Shown piece by piece: positions 35,062 to 43,900 of a DNA stretch of 64,000 bases. Origin of the DNA: Candidatus Micrarchaeota archaeon. GTDB taxonomy: Archaea; Micrarchaeota; Micrarchaeia; Anstonellales; Bilamarchaeaceae. The stretch is taken from the NCBI GenBank assembly GCA_964647855.1, contig CAZYJW010000002.1, positions 244,399-308,398 on the forward strand, written 5' to 3'. The first letter of the stretch is position 1, and every line of letters begins with the position of its first letter. The notes under the pieces were generated by a model. It worked only from the letters and a program-made list of their open reading frames with translations, did not search any database and was not told the origin of the DNA. The position numbers and the translations under genes were made by a program.

Positions 35062-35646
35062 TCAACCACCCCTAAGAGTCGAATTCTTCCTAAGCTCTTG
35101 GAGGGCACGAACGCCTGCGTCAGATATCTGAAAGCGCCCTCTACCAGCCCGATCAAACCAGAATTTATATCGAACCATGTCCTGAGCCAACGTCCGATAA
35201 TTCTTTATTAGTGGGAGTTTGCTTGCACCACCCCTCACTAAGGCGCGATATACTTTTTCGAGGTCAATAGTTGAAAATGTCGATTGACCCTTCCGGTCAT
35301 AGAGCTCAGCTATAAGTAGGAGAGCCTCCGGTGATTTAATTTTCTCCGTGTCCTGAATCTCACTTTTAAGAGCCGCCAGATCGCTAGAGGAGATATCAGT
35401 TGCCTCTTCTGGGGTATTGCCTTTGAGCAATCCGGGGGTTTTTCTTTTCGAAGGCGGGAGGACAGGATTGTCAGCCTTTCTCAGCGCACCTGGATTAGAG
35501 AGAAGATGCGTGAGGATTGTCTCGAAGGCCTTAGTTTTTATATCGCCTTCGGGCATTTCACTTATGGCTTCTTCCGCCTTTTTCCTTGCTGCAATAATTT
35601 TTTCAACGTCGTCCATATACTCACCCACATAACCTCCATCTTGCAT
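35062..35646 (-). CDS. Hypothetical protein (helical N-terminus, disordered linker, winged-helix-like C-terminus), first gene of a 3-gene operon
   Basis: 194-aa ORF in the AT-rich element. The C-terminus reads FSTIDLEKVYRALVRGGASKLPLIKNYRTLAQDMVRYKFWFDRAGRGRFQISDAGVRALQEL. Confidence 0.55.
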   Translation of the reverse strand: MQDGGYVGEYMDDVEKIIAARKKAEEAISEMPEGDIKTKAFETILTHLLSNPGALRKADNPVLPPSKRKTPGLLKGNTPEEATDISSSDLAALKSEIQDTEKIKSPEALLLIAELYDRKGQSTFSTIDLEKVYRALVRGGASKLPLIKNYRTLAQDMVRYKFWFDRAGRGRFQISDAGVRALQELRKNSTLRGG

Positions 35647-35780
35647 TATTTAGGATAACAGTTTAAATACATATGTTTCCACGACATAAAATTTCATTTA
35701 ACTCACAAAATGTGAAGAGTAAAATGGTTGGATATAGGAAAAAATTCTGTAGTGTATATTGTCTATGCCGACGATATATA

Positions 35781-36668
35781 TCATGAGCTCTCTTGCATTC
35801 GTTTAATTTTCACTAAAAATCCATCTTCCTGGGCCATGGCAATGCTTCTGTAAAGCTCCTCCTTGCCAGTATGGATATACGTCATCGTCGTTTCCACGCG
35901 GTGGTGGCGTGCAAACTTGCTCGTCAGAACCACGTTGCCGTTGTTTTTCTTTGAAAAATTCGTTATGGCGTAGTGGCGGAGGCTATGGGTGGTGAGGCGG
36001 TGGAGCTGCTTGGGTATGCTGCCATCGGCTAAGCCATAGGTTTCATCCAGCTTCAGCTTCCGAATCGTCTGCCGGAAGACGTTGCGAACGTAGTTCTTGT
36101 CAAGGTAAGGACAGGGGTTTCGGTCGGGGAAGGTTTCGGCCCAGAAAAGATGGCCTTTCGCCTTGGCTATCGCATCCTCGTAGTCGCTGATATACTTCAG
36201 CATCTGCTCAAAGAGTTGAGGGGGGATGGGGAGGCTGTCGGCACGGCTGCCTTTCTGGTTGTCTATCTTGAGGTCTCGGGTTTCGAGGTTTAGGTCCTTC
36301 ACATGGAGCTTGACGGCTTCCCCTATCCTGAGCCCTAAAACAGCCTGGAAAGTGAAAAGCAAGGCCATCCTTGGGTCTTCCACGGCATTCAGGAAGCGGA
36401 TAAGCTCCTGCTCCGTGAAGCCTTTGTTCATCGTCCCGTATTTCGGTATCCGCCTGCGCAGGAAACGCCGCTTTCGGGCTTCTGACAGGATTTCTATGGC
36501 CCGGACGAGCCTTTGTTTGGGGAGGTAGCGTCCAAGCCATTCTAAGGTCTCCTTGGCTTCTGGCCAGAGCTGCTTGGTTTCGTGTCTAGAGGGTTTTGAG
36601 TTCTGATTGCACGGGGCCCAGAGGCTGGTTTTGGGTTCTGTGTCGTGGGTTCTGTTCGCTTTCGGCAA
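35781..36668 (-). CDS. Tyrosine recombinase / integrase (start uncertain; track ORF runs to 36872 through the tRNA)
   Basis: Catalytic-domain signatures LGLRIGEAVKLHVKDL (Arg), HSLRHYAIT (H-x-x-R) and ARHHRVETTMTYIH (His...Tyr). Directly adjacent to tRNA-Val. TTG 36668 is the first plausible start outside the tRNA; the next ATG is far downstream (MNKGF). Confidence 0.8.
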   Translation of the reverse strand: MPKANRTHDTEPKTSLWAPCNQNSKPSRHETKQLWPEAKETLEWLGRYLPKQRLVRAIEILSEARKRRFLRRRIPKYGTMNKGFTEQELIRFLNAVEDPRMALLFTFQAVLGLRIGEAVKLHVKDLNLETRDLKIDNQKGSRADSLPIPPQLFEQMLKYISDYEDAIAKAKGHLFWAETFPDRNPCPYLDKNYVRNVFRQTIRKLKLDETYGLADGSIPKQLHRLTTHSLRHYAITNFSKKNNGNVVLTSKFARHHRVETTMTYIHTGKEELYRSIAMAQEDGFLVKIKRMQESS

Positions 36669-36792
36669 GGCCCGAACTGGCGGGAGAGCGAACAGAGCCG
36701 TTTCTTGGCCCCAATCGGGCAGAAGTTGTGGCAGAATCTCCGACGTAAAAAGGCAAAACTCAGAACTCAAAACAGAAAACCGAAAACAAGAA

Positions 36793-36807
36793 TTGGGCCC
36801 GCGCGGG
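36793..36807. repeat. attR core: TTGGGCCCGCGCGGG within the tRNA-Val 3' end
   Basis: Identical 15-mer to 29796-29810. Confidence 0.7.
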
Positions 36808-36941
36808 ATCGAACCGCGAATCTCCCGCGTGTGAGGCGGACGTCTTAACCAGAATCGAAGCCGGAGGCGCACCTCAGGCCTTTTTCCAGGGTTTTTGGCA
36901 TAAGATAGACCTAAGCCAAAAAGCCTTTCGACTACGGGCCC
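36794..36941 (-). tRNA. tRNA-Val (anticodon CAC) with a roughly 70-nt non-canonical intron in the D-arm
   Basis: The reverse complement reads GGGCCCG-TA-GTC[...insert...]TTCTGGTTAAGAC-G-TCCGC-CTCACAC-GCGGG-AGATT-CGCGG-TTCGATC-CCGCG-CGGGCCC-A. The acceptor, anticodon and T arms fold perfectly. The D-arm halves GTC and GAC are separated by about 70 nt containing the TTTTTGGC/GCCAAAAA and GAGG/CCTC helices. The exact splice points are not resolved. Confidence 0.8.
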
Positions 36942-36976
36942 AACAAATGGACGAGAACTAATCGTCCGGAAGGATT

Positions 36977-36985
36977 TTTATATTA
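36977..36985. promoter_or_regulatory. Shared AT-rich TATA element (TTTATATTA) between divergent tRNA-Val and tRNA-Gln
   Basis: It lies about 35 nt from the 5' end of each tRNA gene (36941 and 37019). Confidence 0.5.
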
Positions 36986-37018
36986 TTCCGAGGCTTTCTC
37001 ATCGGTTGATTGTCGCAC

Positions 37019-37131
37019 AGCCCCGTCGTCTAGTTCCGCCTTTTAGTAAAAGGCGGCCTAAAACGAGGGACATTGGTCAAGGATAGTGGACTTTGGATCC
37101 ATTGACGGCAGTTCGAATCTGCCCGGGGCTA
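37019..37131 (+). tRNA. tRNA-Gln (anticodon TTG) with a roughly 39-nt non-canonical intron in the D-loop
   Basis: AGCCCCG-TC-GTCT-AGT[TCCGCCTTTTAGTAAAAGGCGGCCTAAAACGAGGGACAT]TGGTCAA-GGAT-A-GTGGA-CTTTGGA-TCCAT-TGAC-GGCAG-TTCGAAT-CTGCC-CGGGGCT-A. The insert contains a 9-bp hairpin (CCGCCTTTT/AAAAGGCGG). Boundaries are approximate. Confidence 0.8.
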
Positions 37132-37173
37132 TTCTTGTTCCCGGTTCCGGGTTTCCGGTTTTGAATTCCTGGT

Positions 37174-37554
37174 TCAGCCGGAATATTCGCCCTTGAGGAT
37201 GCCCTCGCTTTTGAGCATCCCCACCTTGGACAGCCCGTGCTCGCCCTCGAAGGCGTCCTTGAAGGAGCCGTCTGTTTTTCCGCAGGAGGGGACTATCAGG
37301 TCTTCCGGGCGCGGGTGGCTGGGAAGATAGGAGGTTATGTCATACACCTTCCCGTCGTACAGGACCCAGCAGTCGGCCGCCGTGGAATGGGTGGAAAGCT
37401 CTGCGGCGCTGACCTGCGCGGAGGCTTCCGCGGGCGGGCTGCCGCTTTCTGCGGGCTGCCCGGAATCGGCGCCGCTGCCGGCGCCCCCGGCCTGGGACGC
37501 GCATCCCGCGAGGATGAGCGCCGCAATCAATACGAATGCCTGCATGTATCCCAT
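37174..37554 (-). CDS. Lipoprotein with cytochrome b5-like heme/steroid-binding domain
   Basis: Lipobox-like signal MGYMQAFVLIAALILAGCAS. The domain ELSTHSTAADCWVLYDGKVYDITSYLPSHP fits the cyt-b5-like pattern (H..DCW....G.VYD.T.....HP). Confidence 0.6.
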   Translation of the reverse strand: MGYMQAFVLIAALILAGCASQAGGAGSGADSGQPAESGSPPAEASAQVSAAELSTHSTAADCWVLYDGKVYDITSYLPSHPRPEDLIVPSCGKTDGSFKDAFEGEHGLSKVGMLKSEGILKGEYSG

Positions 37555-37566
37555 GGTTCCACCTTT

Positions 37567-39006
37567 TCAGTATTGCTTCGCTGCGTAAAGGAATATCTTC
37601 GCATCGGCGCCGCATGCGACGCACTTCTTCCCGCCAGGCTTCTCGTCCGAGCCGAAAAGCGAGCCGCGGATGTTGGCCTGGTGCTTGTCCTTCACGACGT
37701 CCGCGCAGTTCCTGGATTCGATGGCGTCCGAGCAGAAGGGGACCCGCACAAAGCCGTGCCCCTTTTCCAGCGCCGCGCCCAGCTCGTCCATCGTATCCGC
37801 ATGGGACACCTTGTCCGAGAACCATTTGTCCGCGCGCTCCCTGAGGTTTTTGTCAATAGCCTGCGCCAGTTCGTCCAGCTTCGCATCGACTTCCTTCGTC
37901 GGCACCTTGATTTTCTCGCCCGTGTCCCTGCGCACGACGATCACTACGTCCGCCTCGACATCCCGCATGCCGATTTCGATGCGCAGGGGCACGCCCTTCA
38001 TCTCCCACTCGTTGAACTTGAAGCCGGGCGTGCGGTCCGAGTCGTCGATTTTCACCACAAAGCAGCATTCGATTGATTTCTTCACTTCCGCGCAGCGCGC
38101 AAGCACCTTCTCGCGCGTGTCCTCCTTGACAATGGGCACAATAACGACCTGGACGGGCGCGAGGCGCACCGGAAACACGAGGCCCCTGTCGTCTCCATGG
38201 GTCGCGATGACTGCCGCGTAAATCCTCGAGATGCACGGGCCGTAGCACGTCTGCCAGACATATTCGTCCTTTCCCTTGTCGTCGGTATACTTGATACCGA
38301 ACGCCTTCGAGAAATGCTGCCCCAGCATATGCGTCGAGGGGAGCTGCAATGCCCGCCCGTCTGGCATGAGCGTGTCCGCGGCGAACGTGTTCTCCGCGCC
38401 CGCGAACTTGTCCCACTGCGGCCTCCGGAAGAACAGGAACGGAACGCCGAACTGCATGTGAATGACCTGCTCGGCCATCTCCATGTCCTCGCGCACCTGG
38501 CCCATGGCCTCCTCGCGCGTGGCGAAGCAGTCGTGGGCCTCTATCCAGTGGAACTCGCGCGAGCGGATGAACGGCTTCGTGGCCTTGGTCTCGTGGCGCC
38601 ACACCTGGCAGCGCTGGTAGAGCTTGAGCGGCAAATCGCGCGTGCCGTGTATCCAGAGCGAGTACATCGAGTACATCGCGGTCTCGCTTGTGGGCCTCAT
38701 CGCGTAGCGCTCCTCGAGCTTCGCGTTACCCGCCTCGGTCACCCAGAAGACCTCCGGCACGAAGCCCTTCACATGGTCGCTCTCGCGCGTGAAGTAGCTT
38801 TCGGGTATGAGCGCCGGGAACAGCGCCGGCACGTGGCCGCGGGACTCGACCATTTCCTCGTACATGGCGTACATGCGGTTCATGGTCATGACCGCCCAGG
38901 GCATGAAGACCACGAAGCCCTTTATGCCGTAGCGGAGGTCGCAGAGCTGCGCCTCCTTCGTTATCGTGTTGTACCATTCCGAGAAGTCGGACTTGTCGAG
39001 CTTCAT
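37567..39006 (-). CDS. proS: Proline--tRNA ligase (archaeal/eukaryotic type)
   Basis: Start chosen at ATG 39006 (MKLDKSDFSEWYNTITKEAQLCDLRYGIKGFVVFMPWA...). Class II motifs are present (RPTSET, FRRP...AG, GCISR-like), with an anticodon-binding domain and a C-terminal Zn-binding domain ending in the typical ...AKQY. The upstream 177 codons of the track ORF overlap the DUF350 gene in another frame. Confidence 0.9.
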   Translation of the reverse strand: MKLDKSDFSEWYNTITKEAQLCDLRYGIKGFVVFMPWAVMTMNRMYAMYEEMVESRGHVPALFPALIPESYFTRESDHVKGFVPEVFWVTEAGNAKLEERYAMRPTSETAMYSMYSLWIHGTRDLPLKLYQRCQVWRHETKATKPFIRSREFHWIEAHDCFATREEAMGQVREDMEMAEQVIHMQFGVPFLFFRRPQWDKFAGAENTFAADTLMPDGRALQLPSTHMLGQHFSKAFGIKYTDDKGKDEYVWQTCYGPCISRIYAAVIATHGDDRGLVFPVRLAPVQVVIVPIVKEDTREKVLARCAEVKKSIECCFVVKIDDSDRTPGFKFNEWEMKGVPLRIEIGMRDVEADVVIVVRRDTGEKIKVPTKEVDAKLDELAQAIDKNLRERADKWFSDKVSHADTMDELGAALEKGHGFVRVPFCSDAIESRNCADVVKDKHQANIRGSLFGSDEKPGGKKCVACGADAKIFLYAAKQY

Positions 39007-39524
39007 AGGAGACCAGACTCCAGCGATATCAGCATGTCGAACGCGGACTCGAAGGGCCCGCGGACAGCGAGCGAGATGAAAAGCAGCGCCGCCCCCAGCA
39101 CGAGCGCCACCGCGACGTTTCCCTTCTTGAGCTCCGCGAACTCCTCTATGTCGGGCGTGAGCCTGTCCGCAAGGTTTATCGCGAGGAACACGAGCACGAT
39201 GGATGCGAGTAGGCCCGCGAGGTAGTTCAGCAGCGTGAATGCGATGACCAGCGCGAGGGTCTGCGCGGGCAGGTCGGCGCGGATGGAATACACCGCGGCC
39301 ACAATCAGCGGCTCCATCAGGAGGATGAAGGACGCCATGACCGAGAGCACGAGTATCCCCATCGCCGCGTTGCCCTTCTTGAGCTCCTTCCACTCGTCTA
39401 TGCCGCTTGTCAGCCGGTCGAGGAGCGCAATGCCCGAATACAGCGCGCCGGCCGAGAGCGCCATCGCAGCCACGATCCTGAGGGCCGTTATCCCAAGCCC
39501 TATAAATAGTTCCTGCACCATCAA
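39003..39524 (-). CDS. DUF350-family membrane protein (duplicated)
   Basis: Two repeats of the hydrophobic-helix pair with D..E.KELKKGNAAMGI and D.EEFAELKKGNVAVAL motifs. Its stop overlaps the proS start in an ATGA arrangement. Confidence 0.65.
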   Translation of the reverse strand: MMVQELFIGLGITALRIVAAMALSAGALYSGIALLDRLTSGIDEWKELKKGNAAMGILVLSVMASFILLMEPLIVAAVYSIRADLPAQTLALVIAFTLLNYLAGLLASIVLVFLAINLADRLTPDIEEFAELKKGNVAVALVLGAALLFISLAVRGPFESAFDMLISLESGLL

Positions 39525-39545
39525 GCGTGAATTGCATGAAATCGG

Positions 39546-39553
39546 TTATAAAG
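39546..39553 (+). promoter_or_regulatory. Candidate TATA box (TTATAAAG) upstream of the RecJ-like gene / giant ORF 1 unit
   Basis: 20 nt separate the box end from ATG 39573. Confidence 0.4.
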
Positions 39554-39572
39554 GTTATCAGGTGCGGGCGGG

Positions 39573-40928
39573 ATGGCTGAGGACCGGGAGGGGTTCCTCG
39601 CGCACTGCGGCGAGATGCGCCGCCTGGCGCTCTCGTTCAAAGAGCCCCTGGTTGTGCACCATTACGACGCGGACGGGCTCAGCTCCGGCGCGATTGTGTC
39701 GGGGGCCCTCCGGGACGAGGGCAGGCCCTTCAGGCGCTCCTGCATAAAAAAGCTGGACGATTACGCCATCGAATCGCTCCGGCACGAGAAGGAGATAATA
39801 TTCGTGGATTTGGGCGGCGGGAACCGCAGGGTGGACGAGCTTGCGGACGTGCTCATAATAGACCACCACCAGACCGAGGGGATAGGGAAGCCGCAGGCCA
39901 ACCCGCTAATGTTCGGAATCGACGGCGGACGCGAGCTCTCGGCATCGGGCACGGCGTACTGCGTCTTCAGGAGATTCCCCGACCTCGCGGTGGTCGGGGC
40001 GGTCGGCGACATGATGCGCCCGCTTTCGGGCATGAACCGCTGGGTCATGGAGCAGGGCGTCGCCTCGGGCGAAATCCGTGTCGAGGAGGATTTGCGCTTC
40101 TACGGCCGCCACTGCAGGCCCCTCGTGCAGTTCCTCGCCTACAGCGACGACCCGTACATCCCGGGCATATCCTACCGCGAGGACCGCGCCGCAGCGCTGC
40201 TTTCCGACCTAGGGATTCCGCTGGAGTCTCCGGCTTCTGCAGGCGGCGCGCCCGATTCACGCGCCGGGCGGCGCGTCTATGCGGACCTTTCGGATGGCGA
40301 GAGGAAGGCGCTTGTGAGCGCGCTCGCGAAAATCCTCATATCCTCCAACAGGCTCCGGAGCCCGGACGAGCTCATCGGCGAAAGCTTCGTGTTCCCCCGC
40401 CGGCCGAAGGACGAGGCCTTCGAGGCGGACGAGTTCAGCACCCTCCTGAACGCCTGCGGAAGGCATTCGCAGCCGGACATAGGGGTGAGGGTCTGCCTGG
40501 GCGACGAATCTGCCCGTGCCGAAGCGCGGAATCTCCTCGCCTTGCACCGCAGGATGCTGCGGGGCGGGATTTCCTACGCTTCGGGGAGGACGCAGGATTT
40601 CGGGGCGTTCTTCCTGCTGGACGGGCGCGGGAAAATAGATGAGGGGATAATAGGCGTGGTCTGCGGCATGGGCCTGCAGCAGGGGTGGGGCAAGCCGATA
40701 ATCGGGCTTGCGCTGGGCGAGAATGATACCGTGAAGGTCTCCGGGCGCGCCCCGAGGGCGCTCGTCGCATCCGGCCTGAACCTCGGCGCCCTTATGAAGG
40801 AGGCGGCCGCCGCATGCGGCGGAATCGGCGGGGGGCACAGGATTGCCGCCGGCGCGTCGATACCTATGGATAAGGTGAATGATTTCCTGCTTTCCGCAGG
40901 AAGGCATCTGAACAACGATCAACAGTGA
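39573..40928 (+). CDS. DHH/DHHA1 phosphoesterase, archaeal RecJ/GAN (Cdc45-like) family
   Basis: Motifs VVHHYDADGLSSG (DxD), IFVDLGGG, LIIDHHQ (DHH), and GGGHRIAAGASI (DHHA1 GGGH) near the C-terminus. 451 aa. Confidence 0.75.
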   Translation: MAEDREGFLAHCGEMRRLALSFKEPLVVHHYDADGLSSGAIVSGALRDEGRPFRRSCIKKLDDYAIESLRHEKEIIFVDLGGGNRRVDELADVLIIDHHQTEGIGKPQANPLMFGIDGGRELSASGTAYCVFRRFPDLAVVGAVGDMMRPLSGMNRWVMEQGVASGEIRVEEDLRFYGRHCRPLVQFLAYSDDPYIPGISYREDRAAALLSDLGIPLESPASAGGAPDSRAGRRVYADLSDGERKALVSALAKILISSNRLRSPDELIGESFVFPRRPKDEAFEADEFSTLLNACGRHSQPDIGVRVCLGDESARAEARNLLALHRRMLRGGISYASGRTQDFGAFFLLDGRGKIDEGIIGVVCGMGLQQGWGKPIIGLALGENDTVKVSGRAPRALVASGLNLGALMKEAAAACGGIGGGHRIAAGASIPMDKVNDFLLSAGRHLNNDQQ

Positions 40929-43900
40929 GTGATGGGCATGACCGGATTCAAGATGAGGGGGGAGTCAGGGGCCCAGGGCGCTGCTCCGGCCATATCCGAC
41001 CGAACAGGAGGCGCCCTGGCAAATCAGACTCTGGCGGATTTCAACGCGGTCTGGCAAAGGCACTTCGGGGGCACCGCCATAGCGGCGATAGCCGAGGTCT
41101 CTTCAAGGCACGTGTCGCTGATTGCCGGCAGCATCGACCGCAGGCTCGGGATAAGCGATTTTCTCGGCTCCACCTCAGGGCGGCCACAGGCGGCAATCAT
41201 CTCCAACCTGTCGAACCAGGCCCTCATAGCCGCCCAGCAGGACCAGATGCAGCGGGCGATAGCCCTGATTAAGGAGGCGGACGAGAAACTGCAGGCGGCC
41301 GTATCGGTGGACAGGCGCGGCAAGGACCTGGACGAGGCGGAGGCAAAGGAGAAGGCGAAGGATGAGAGCGCAGTATCCGAGGCGAAGGAGGCCCTCACCG
41401 CCTCGATTTCCGACGCGGGAACCGCCAGCGCGGGCAGGATGCAGATGATAGGCGAGGCGGTCGGATTTTATGCAAGGAACCGGGCCGTCCTAGGCCTTCC
41501 GGGGATGGAGGAACAGAAACGCGCGCTTCTCAATTTCATCACGGCCCTCGGGCGCGAGGCGAAGGAAGGCGGCTTGTTCGAGAAGGAGGCGAAAGCGGGG
41601 GAATTCGCTGCAATCCGGGGGCGCATTGAGCCTGTGGCGATGGAAAGGACCGGCTTCGCGCTTGCGGCGGCCACCAGCGCGATGGAAAGCGCAAGCCGCG
41701 CATTGGGGCTCGGCGGCGTTTCCGCGGAGTTCAGGAAGGCCGCCATGCGCATCCGGGATAATGCGGAAAGAATCCGCAATGCCATGCGGGAGGGCGGGCA
41801 GGCCCCGGAGGAGCAGACGCGCGGGCTGATGGCGGCCGCAACCCTCGCGAAACAGGCGAACGAGGCGCTGTCCGCCATGGGCGGGCGGCTGCGGGAGCAG
41901 GTGAGCACGATATTCGCGCGCATGCTGGATGCGGGACAAGCCGGGGACATGAAAACCGCCGGGGTCCAGGCATTCATCGCAAGGGAGTGCGCGCTTGCGA
42001 AAGCGCCGGCGAGGGAGGCCCTGGGCGCGATAAGCGCGTCGCTCGAATCCGGCAAAATCAGGCTGTCGGAGGCTATTGACGGCGCTGCGAAATACATATC
42101 GGGAATCCTGAAAGGGAAGGCGAAGGGCATAGTGCATGAGGGCGCCCTCAATCCGCTAAGGAAACTGATTGACAGGCTCGATGGGGGCAAGGCGACGGTC
42201 AACGACCTGGAATCCGCAAGGATCGCAGCCGGGCTTGCGGAGAGCTACAAGAAGGACATTCCGGCGCTTTCGAAGAACGCAAAGGCGCAGGAAGGCGCGA
42301 AGGCGATTTATTCGAGGGCGTTCTCGGCGGCTGCCGGAGGGCTTGTGCGGTTCGCCTCGCTCCAGGGCCGCATCGCCGGGCTTTTCGGGAAGAAGAGGAT
42401 GTCCAAGGTCAGGGATGGCCTTGAGGGGATTTCCAACAGGGCTGAGAGGGCCGCGAAGCTGACCATCCTGCACCAGCTTGTCAGGGAGGGGATGAAGCCG
42501 GATGAGGCGGCATTGCTTTGCGCGGAGGGTGACGAAAGCATCCTGAACTCCTACAAGGCGATGGCCGACCCGGATGCAACGCTTGAGGCGGAAGGGAAGA
42601 TGCTGGAGATGTCGGTTTTCGCAGCTGAGCTGAGAAGCGTGCTTGCCAAGAAGGCCCTTGGGGACGAGAGCGGGATATACAAGGCGGCGGTGGAATGGCT
42701 CGACGAACGGATTATATCGGCGATAGCCGGCGGCGGCCAGCCGCACGCGCAGGACAACCGGGCGCTTTTCGCCCTCGCGGCAATCCACAGTGGCGACTCG
42801 CGCGCGATGGCGCAGTTCCTCCTTGAAGAGCCGGAGCTGCTGGGCCTGATGGACGGCGTCGGCGGCATCGAAACGGCCCTTGAGGGGGTCCACGGGGATG
42901 AGAAGGCGGACGTCCAGGACATCCTCTGGAGCGCGCAGGAGGCCGTCTTCGGGGGGAGATTCGCCGAGGCGGCGGGGCATATGGTTGCCGCGAGCGCCGC
43001 CGCCAGGCTGGGGGGGAAGGACGGGAAGATGCTCGAGGAGCGCAGCTATGGCGCGGCATGCGAGGGCACCGTGAGCGCCCGGACGCTGCTGTTCACCGCG
43101 AGGGCCCAGCTCGACAGGGCGCTGCACGCCGGCAGGGGCGACACTGAGTCGGACGCATACTTTGATGCCGCCATAATCGCGTACGAATCCGGCGACTTCA
43201 ACGGGGCGCAGGCCGCGCTTTCGCTCGCGAACCTTTTCGCGAGGGCTAAATCCGCCGGGCTCTCCGACCCGCGGGGGCAGGAGGCGGCTGCCATGGCGAG
43301 GGAAATCCTCGGCGATTACCGGGGCGCTTCCGGCAGGCCGCTTTTCGGCGGATGCGGCCTTCGCGGCATGATTGGCGGGGATGGCACGCTGCTGGAGCGG
43401 CTGGAGGGCGCGGCTGCGGATGCGGGCCCCATGGCGGGATGGCTTGCCGGATTCTCCGGCGAAAAGAAGCTGGCGGCCCTGGCGCTTCGCGTGAGGAAGG
43501 CCGAGATCGGGCTCGGCCGGGCGGAGATGGGCGCGGCCCTTCTTGCGGTCACGGACGGCAGATATGACGATGTCTATGCGGGGCGGGAGGACAGATACGC
43601 AGACAAGGCGGCATCGGCGCAGAAAAAAGGCGATGCCGTGAATGCTGAGCGCTGGAGGAAGGAGGCGGAACGCGTATCGAATGCGCGCGGTCTCGCGAAG
43701 GGGGCCGCGCTGGCCTACGAGGAGGGCGCGCAGATGCAGGAGCAGGAGTTGGACGGGATGCTCGATGAGCTCGCCCGGGGCGGCGCGCCGTCCGAAAGCG
43801 GCGCACTGAAGGACGGGGCTCTGGCGGCAGGCCTCTCGATAAGGGCGATGGAGGCGGCCTCGGTGCTCCATGACAGCATAGTGAACGTGCGCACGGACGA

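Larger units (their letters stand above)
29796..36807. mobile_element. Integrated genetic element (about 7 kb) inserted at the 3' end of tRNA-Val
   Basis: A 15-bp direct repeat sits at both ends, and one copy is the tRNA-Val 3' end. A tyrosine integrase lies directly adjacent to the tRNA. The interior is visibly much more AT-rich than the flanks (not computed). The cargo is restriction/defence-type and orphan genes. Confidence 0.75.

Noticed and set aside
35781-36872. SSV-type integration, with the integrase gene split by the att site (Int-N at attL, Int-C at attR). The idea arose because the integrase ORF reads through the tRNA and att core, and an ORF also reads into attL (28330..29889).
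   Set aside because: The att core is read in different frames at the two ends (T-R-A-G-P at attL, P-R-G-P-N at attR). Joining them gives an immediate stop. The sequence upstream of attL is a hairpin/repeat block rather than protein-like. The read-through is therefore treated as a GC-rich ORF artefact, and the integrase start is placed downstream of the tRNA.
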